From the NCBI GenBank assembly GCA_963776345.1, contig CAVZMH010000017.1, forward strand, positions 192,001-256,000: a stretch of 64,000 nucleotides of DNA, read 5' to 3'. The translations under genes and the position numbers were made by a program. The notes under the pieces were generated by a model. It saw nothing but the letters and a program-made list of their open reading frames with translations. It searched no databases and was not told the origin of the DNA. Shown one piece after another: positions 58,981 to 64,000 of this stretch (position 1 is the stretch's first letter; every line of letters starts with the position of its first letter). The DNA is from an uncultured delta proteobacterium (lineage in GTDB: Bacteria; Myxococcota; Myxococcia; Myxococcales; Myxococcaceae).

Positions 58981-60390
58981 TCAGATGTCGAAGTAGAGCG
59001 CGAACTCCAGCGGGTGAGGCCGTAGCCGCACCGGGTTCACTTCCTTGTCCATCTTGAGGTTGATCCAGGTGTCGATGACGTCCTCGCTGAAGACGTCGCC
59101 CTTGAGCAGGAACTTGTGGTCCTTGCGGAGGCAGTCCAGCGCCTCGTCGAGGCTGCCGGGCATCTTGGGAACGTCCTTCAGCTCCTCCGGCGACAGCCCG
59201 TAGATGTCCTTGTCCAGCGGATCGCCCGGGTCGATCTTGTTCTCGATGCCGTCCAGGCCCGCCATCAGCTGTGCGGCGAAGGCCAGGTACGGGTTGCACG
59301 ACGGGTCGGGGCTGCGGAACTCGAGCCGCTTGGCCTTGGGGCTCGGGCTGTACATCGGGATGCGGATGGACGCGCTCCGGTTCCGGCTGGAGTAGGCCAG
59401 GTTCACCGGCGCCTCGAACCCGGGCACCAGCCGCTTGTAGCTGTTGGTGGTGGGGTTGCAGATCGCCGCCAGCGCGCGGGCGTGCTTGAGGACGCCGCCG
59501 ATGTAGAAGAGCGCCATCTCGCTCAGGCCCGCGTACCCGTCACCGGCGAAGAGCGGCTTGCCGTTCTTCCAGAGCGACTGGTGGGTGTGCATTCCCGAGC
59601 CGTTGTCTCCGAAGAGCGGCTTGGGCATGAACGTCGCCGTCTTGCCGTTCCGCCAGGCGACGTTCTTCACCACGTACTTGAACCAGCTCAGGTGGTCGGC
59701 GCACTTCACCAGGGTGTTGAAGCGGAAGTCGATCTCCGCCTGGCCGGCGGTGGCCACCTCGTGGTGCTGCCGCTCCACCTCGATTCCCACGTCGGCGAGC
59801 ACCCGGCACATCTCGGTGCGGATGTCGTTCTGGCTGTCGAGCGGGGCGACGGGGAAGTAGCCCTCCTTGTAGCGGATCTTGTAGCCCCGGTTTCCCTCTC
59901 CCTTGCCCGTGCTCCAGGCGGCCTCGCTCGAGTCGATCTCGTAGAAGCTGGCGTTGGGCTTGCTGTCGAAGCGCACCTCGTCGAAGACGAAGAACTCGGC
60001 CTCGGGACCGAAGTAGGCGGTGTCCGCGATGCCGGTGGACTTGAGGTACTTCTCCGCCTTGATGGCGATGTTGCGCGGGTCCCTCCCGTAGGCCTCCTTG
60101 GTGATCGGGTCGACGATGTTGCAGATGAGGCTCAGCGTCGGATCCTTGGTGAAGGGATCCATCACCGCCGTCGTCGCGTCGGGCATCACCAGCATGTCCG
60201 AGGCGTGAATCTCCGCCCACCCTCGGATGGACGAGCCGTCGAAGCCCAGCCCCTCCTCGAAGATCTCCTCCTTGAGCTCCGCGAGCGGGATGGTGAAGTG
60301 CTGCCACAGCCCGACGAAGTCCATGAACTTGAGGTCCACCATCACCGCGCTGCGGTCCTTGGCGAGCCCCAGGACATCCTTTGCTTTCAT
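58981..60390 (-). CDS. glnA: Glutamine synthetase type I
   Basis: FDGSSI, GPEAEFF, HHEVA, TFMPKP, NGSGMH, NSYKRL, RNRSA.IRIP, adenylylation-site DKDIY. RBS AGGAGG. Confidence 0.98.
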   Translation of the reverse strand: MKAKDVLGLAKDRSAVMVDLKFMDFVGLWQHFTIPLAELKEEIFEEGLGFDGSSIRGWAEIHASDMLVMPDATTAVMDPFTKDPTLSLICNIVDPITKEAYGRDPRNIAIKAEKYLKSTGIADTAYFGPEAEFFVFDEVRFDSKPNASFYEIDSSEAAWSTGKGEGNRGYKIRYKEGYFPVAPLDSQNDIRTEMCRVLADVGIEVERQHHEVATAGQAEIDFRFNTLVKCADHLSWFKYVVKNVAWRNGKTATFMPKPLFGDNGSGMHTHQSLWKNGKPLFAGDGYAGLSEMALFYIGGVLKHARALAAICNPTTNSYKRLVPGFEAPVNLAYSSRNRSASIRIPMYSPSPKAKRLEFRSPDPSCNPYLAFAAQLMAGLDGIENKIDPGDPLDKDIYGLSPEELKDVPKMPGSLDEALDCLRKDHKFLLKGDVFSEDVIDTWINLKMDKEVNPVRLRPHPLEFALYFDI

Positions 60391-60487
60391 GCGCCCTCCT
60401 GGCGGCATCCAAACGTGTGCGGGCGGATAAAGCCTGACCCGCTGACAAAAGGGAATGGGGTCGCTACGCTTGGCGAATCGAGCCGCC

Positions 60488-61519
60488 ATGGCCGAGCCGC
60501 TTTCCGACCGTGCCCGCGAAGTCCTGCACGCGATCATCCGCGAGTACATCGTCACGGGTGGTCCGGTGGGGAGCCAGCAGCTCGCTCGCAGCAGCAGCTT
60601 CGAGGTCTCATCAGCCACGCTTCGCAACGTCATGGCGGACCTGGAGGACCTCGGGTACCTCGAGAAGCCGCATACCTCGTCCGGCCGGGTTCCCACCGAC
60701 CGTGCTTACCGCTTCTACGTGGACACCCTCATCCGCCTGCGCGACCCGAATCCCCGGGACCGGGAGCTCATCCAGCGGGGCATCCCCACCAGCGGGACGC
60801 CCCTCGAGGAGTCGCTCCAGGAGGCCGGGCGAATCCTCCACTTCCTGACCCGGCACGCCGGGGTGGTGCTGACGCCGCGCCCCACCTCCGGGACGTTCCA
60901 CCGCATCGAGTTCGTCCGGCTCCGCGAGGGCCGGGTGCTGGCCATCCTGGTCGACCAGGACGGTCAGGTGCACAACCGTCCGGTGGCGCTGGACTTCGAG
61001 ATGTCCCCGGAGGACCTGGTCCGGGCCTCCAACTACCTGAGCGAGCTGCTGGAGAAGCTCCCCCTGGAGCAGGTGCGGGGCCGCATCGAGCAGGAGCTGG
61101 CCCAGGACCAGGCCGCCTACGACCAGCTGGTGGCCAAGGCCCTGAAGCTCGGGCTGCTCGCCACCGGCGTCCCCCCCACCGAGAAGGTCTTCATCGAGGG
61201 CACTGGCAGCTTCCTGGACGCGCCCGAGTTCGCCGATGTCGAGCGGATGAAGTCCCTCTTCCGGGCCCTGGAGGAGAAGACCCGGCTGGTGGCGCTGCTG
61301 GACCGGGTGCAGCGTGCGCGGGAGATGCAGATCTTCATCGGCCACGAGAGCGACCTCTCCCCCGGCGGCGACGTGTCACTGGTGGCCACCCCCTACGGCC
61401 CGGCGGACCGCTCCCTGGGCACGGTGGGGGTCATCGGACCGACGCGGATGAACTACCAGCGCATCATCCCCCTGGTGCAGTTCACCGCCCAGGTCCTCTC
61501 GTCGGCCCTGGAGCCCTGA
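60488..61519 (+). CDS. hrcA: Heat-inducible transcription repressor HrcA
   Basis: [50 protein letters not shown]. Confidence 0.97.
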   Translation: MAEPLSDRAREVLHAIIREYIVTGGPVGSQQLARSSSFEVSSATLRNVMADLEDLGYLEKPHTSSGRVPTDRAYRFYVDTLIRLRDPNPRDRELIQRGIPTSGTPLEESLQEAGRILHFLTRHAGVVLTPRPTSGTFHRIEFVRLREGRVLAILVDQDGQVHNRPVALDFEMSPEDLVRASNYLSELLEKLPLEQVRGRIEQELAQDQAAYDQLVAKALKLGLLATGVPPTEKVFIEGTGSFLDAPEFADVERMKSLFRALEEKTRLVALLDRVQRAREMQIFIGHESDLSPGGDVSLVATPYGPADRSLGTVGVIGPTRMNYQRIIPLVQFTAQVLSSALEP

Positions 61520-61563
61520 GGAGCACGAGGCTGGACGCGACCCTCTCACGGCCTGCGCCCCGG

Positions 61564-62472
61564 GTGTGGCTGCCGGCGGTCCTCTTCGTCTGCACGCTGG
61601 TGACGGTGTTCGGCACCTTCCTCCTGGTGCAGACCGGGGCCTGGACGGACTCCGGCGCCATTCGCATCGCCCCCGGGGCCCTGCTGGCCTCGCTGGAGTT
61701 CACGGTGGCGACCGTCAGCATCCTCGGCGCCCACGAGCTCGGGCACTACGTGCTCGCCCGGCGTCACGGGCTGAGCGCCAGCCTCCCCTACTTCATCCCT
61801 CTCCCGCTGCTGGGGTTCGGGACTCTCGGCGCCGTCATCCGGGTCCGCGATCGCATCCCCACCCGGAACGCGCTGGTGGACATCGGCGCCGCCGGGCCGC
61901 TCGCCGGGTTCCTGGTGGCGCTCCCCTTCCTGGCCTGGGGCTACGCGCACTCGCGTTTCATCTCCACCGGTCCGACCGCGGACATGCTGTTCGGGCCGAT
62001 GTCGCTCTGGTCGGTGGTGCACCGGGGATTTCCTCAGCTCGACACCCCGCTCTACGCGGACAACCTGCTGCTTCGCGCCTTCGAGCGGGTCTTCCTCGGA
62101 CCGCGTCCGCCTGGCATGGACGTCGTCGCCCATCCCTTCGTCCTCGCCGGGTGGCTCGGGACGCTGCTCACCATGCTGAACCTGTTCCCGGTGGGGCAGC
62201 TCGACGCCGGCCATCTCACCTACGCCGTCTTCGGCGACCGGGCGCGCACCCTCGGCCGGCTGGCGCTCGCCGGGCTGGCGGTGCTCACCGTGGCCTTCTC
62301 CTTCACCTGGGCGGTCTGGCTCCTGGTGGTCGCGCTGGTGGTGGGTGTCCACCATCCTCCGCTGACCCGGCCCGAGGAGCCGCTCGGCGCCCTGCGTGGG
62401 TGGGTGTGCGTGGGAACACTCGCCGTGGCCGTGCTCTGTTTCCTCCCCGCACCTTTCGTCGCAGTCCTCTAG
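61564..62472 (+). CDS. Site-2 protease (M50) family
   Basis: AHELGHY, PYFIP, GTLGAVIR, DIGAAGP, NLFPVGQLDAGH. Start approximate. Confidence 0.92.
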   Translation: MWLPAVLFVCTLVTVFGTFLLVQTGAWTDSGAIRIAPGALLASLEFTVATVSILGAHELGHYVLARRHGLSASLPYFIPLPLLGFGTLGAVIRVRDRIPTRNALVDIGAAGPLAGFLVALPFLAWGYAHSRFISTGPTADMLFGPMSLWSVVHRGFPQLDTPLYADNLLLRAFERVFLGPRPPGMDVVAHPFVLAGWLGTLLTMLNLFPVGQLDAGHLTYAVFGDRARTLGRLALAGLAVLTVAFSFTWAVWLLVVALVVGVHHPPLTRPEEPLGALRGWVCVGTLAVAVLCFLPAPFVAVL

Positions 62473-62525
62473 ACTGCGCGCTGGATTCCCGTGCGTCCCC
62501 GGACCCCAGGGCCGACTCCCCCTCG

Positions 62526-63524
62526 ATGAAAGTCCTCTGTCCCTCCTGCGAGCGCCTCGTCGAGCTGGTGGATCTCCGCGTGGAGCGTGGCGGGCTCGTC
62601 GCGCGGTGCCCGGCATGCGGGGCCGAGCAGCGCCAGCAGCTGCCGGCCAGGCCGGTGACCGTCCCGTCCCCCAAGGCCGCGGCCCGGGCGGCCGCCCGGC
62701 CCGCGCCGCCGCCGCCGGACGAGGAGGACGAGAACGACGAGGGGCCGACCATCATCCTCCTCACCCCGACCTCGGATGCCGTGCCGCTCGCCGTGGCGCC
62801 TCCCGGGACGGCCGCCGTGCCGCGGCCCGCCGAGGTGGCGCGGTTCGATGGGGCGAAGCCGCCGGCCATCGCGCCGGTCGGCGCTCCCGTCGCCGCCGAG
62901 ACCGCGCCTCCGCCGAGGCGGGTGGTGGACGCCGAGTTCGCCCATCTCCTCGACCAGCTCGGGGACGTGCATCCCCCGACGCCGCCGCCGCAGTCGCTGC
63001 GTCCTCGCAACACCGGCGGCACGCCCGTCGTCCCGCCGCTCCAGGCCGGGGTCGCCCGCGGCTCGACCATCCAGATTCCCCCCGGCCATTGCCCCAAGTG
63101 CATCACCCCGCGGAGCCGCGAGGCGACCATCTGCCCGGCCTGCGGCCTGGTGTTCGCCAACTTCCGCGCCGAGGAGCACCAGCCCTCGGCGGCGCTGGAG
63201 TCGGCCTGGCGTGGGCTCGAGGAGCGCTGGACCAAGCAGGACGAGCACGAGAAGTTCCTGCAGCTGGCCTTCAACATGGACGAGCTGGCGAAGGCCGGAC
63301 GCCTCTACCGCATCAGGCTCGCCGCCACCCCGGACGACGGTCCGGCGAGGGCCGCGCTGGAGGTGATGGTGCGGATGGCCTCGACCGCCGCCGCCGCCGC
63401 CGCGAAGACCGACCCCGAGGAGCTGGCCCGGAACCGGCGCAAGGTGCTGGCGGTGAGCGCGATGCTCTTCTTCGTGATTCCCATCGCGGTGCTGCTGGTC
63501 AACTTCCTCCTCCGGGCTCACTAG
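62526..63524 (+). CDS. Zinc-ribbon domain membrane protein
   Basis: Four CxxC pairs (CPSC/CPAC, CPKC/CPAC), a Pro/Ala-rich linker and a C-terminal TM. Confidence 0.8.
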   Translation: MKVLCPSCERLVELVDLRVERGGLVARCPACGAEQRQQLPARPVTVPSPKAAARAAARPAPPPPDEEDENDEGPTIILLTPTSDAVPLAVAPPGTAAVPRPAEVARFDGAKPPAIAPVGAPVAAETAPPPRRVVDAEFAHLLDQLGDVHPPTPPPQSLRPRNTGGTPVVPPLQAGVARGSTIQIPPGHCPKCITPRSREATICPACGLVFANFRAEEHQPSAALESAWRGLEERWTKQDEHEKFLQLAFNMDELAKAGRLYRIRLAATPDDGPARAALEVMVRMASTAAAAAAKTDPEELARNRRKVLAVSAMLFFVIPIAVLLVNFLLRAH

Positions 63525-63525
63525 G

Positions 63526-64000
63526 GTGGACGAGCTCGCCGCGGTCCTGGGCCCGGGCGGCCGACTCTCCCGCGCGCTGGCCGGGTACGAGCACCGCCCA
63601 GAGCAGCTCACCCTGGCGCGCGAGGTGGCGCGGGCGTTCGACGAGCGGCGGATGCTGGTGGCCGAGGCCGGAACCGGGACGGGCAAGACGCTGGCCTACC
63701 TCGTCCCCGCCATCCTGAGCGGCCGGCGGGTCGTGGTCTCCACCGCCACCAAGAACCTCCAGGACCAGCTGTTCCACAAGGACCTCCCCCTGGTCCGCGA
63801 CACGCTCGGGCTCCCGGTGCGGGCCACGCTGATGAAGGGCCGGGCCAACTACCTGTGCCTGCACCGGCTGGAGCGGGCGCGGACCGGCGCGCTGCTCGAC
63901 TCGCGCGAGGACGCGGACGCCTTCGCCATGCTCCTCCGCTGGGCCGAGCGGACCGAGACCGGCGACCGGGCCGAGCTGATGCTCCCCGAGGGCTTCTCCG
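63526..64000 (+). CDS. DinG/YoaA family ATP-dependent DNA helicase (5' part)
   Basis: YEHRPEQ, EAGTGTGKTLAYL, STATKNLQDQL, KGRANYLC. Runs off the window. Confidence 0.93.
   Translation, partial: MDELAAVLGPGGRLSRALAGYEHRPEQLTLAREVARAFDERRMLVAEAGTGTGKTLAYLVPAILSGRRVVVSTATKNLQDQLFHKDLPLVRDTLGLPVRATLMKGRANYLCLHRLERARTGALLDSREDADAFAMLLRWAERTETGDRAELMLPEGFS

Noticed and set aside
60391..62472. hrcA without grpE/dnaK or a CIRCE element as an anomaly
   Set aside because: No CIRCE (TTAGCACTC-N9-GAGTGCTAA) is seen, but stand-alone hrcA genes are common, so this is not informative.

Overview
High-GC (roughly 70-75% by eye) bacterial chromosomal window. The gene set and gene order point to Myxococcota (Myxococcaceae/Anaeromyxobacter-like); this is an inference. 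About 50 CDS: core genes (proC/proBA, mvaS with an AibR-like TetR, mreB, dapD/dapE, glpK, hemF, glnA, hrcA, DinG) are interleaved with accessory blocks (ECF sigma + Ser/Thr kinase + secreted protein, ceramidase, CreD-like, P450, DUF885, Fn3-repeat lipoprotein, GT1, radical SAM, IS91 remnant). No rRNA, tRNA or CRISPR array was seen. The strongest candidate for a new system is the chaB-archease-rtcB-polX block (28.6-32.7 kb). Both chaB and polX are preceded by the same GCGCA-N5-TGCGC palindrome followed by a sigma-54 -24/-12 motif, and the two spacings differ by exactly 10 nt. This suggests a co-regulated, possibly low-oxygen/dormancy, RNA+DNA end-repair module. Also present are three unrelated families of intergenic palindromic repeats, one of which has arms tandemly amplified outward from the hairpin centre, and divergent genes whose start codons share one CATG. 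About 10 single-base indels in 7 genes suggest an error-prone long-read assembly, so frameshifted genes are probably intact in vivo.
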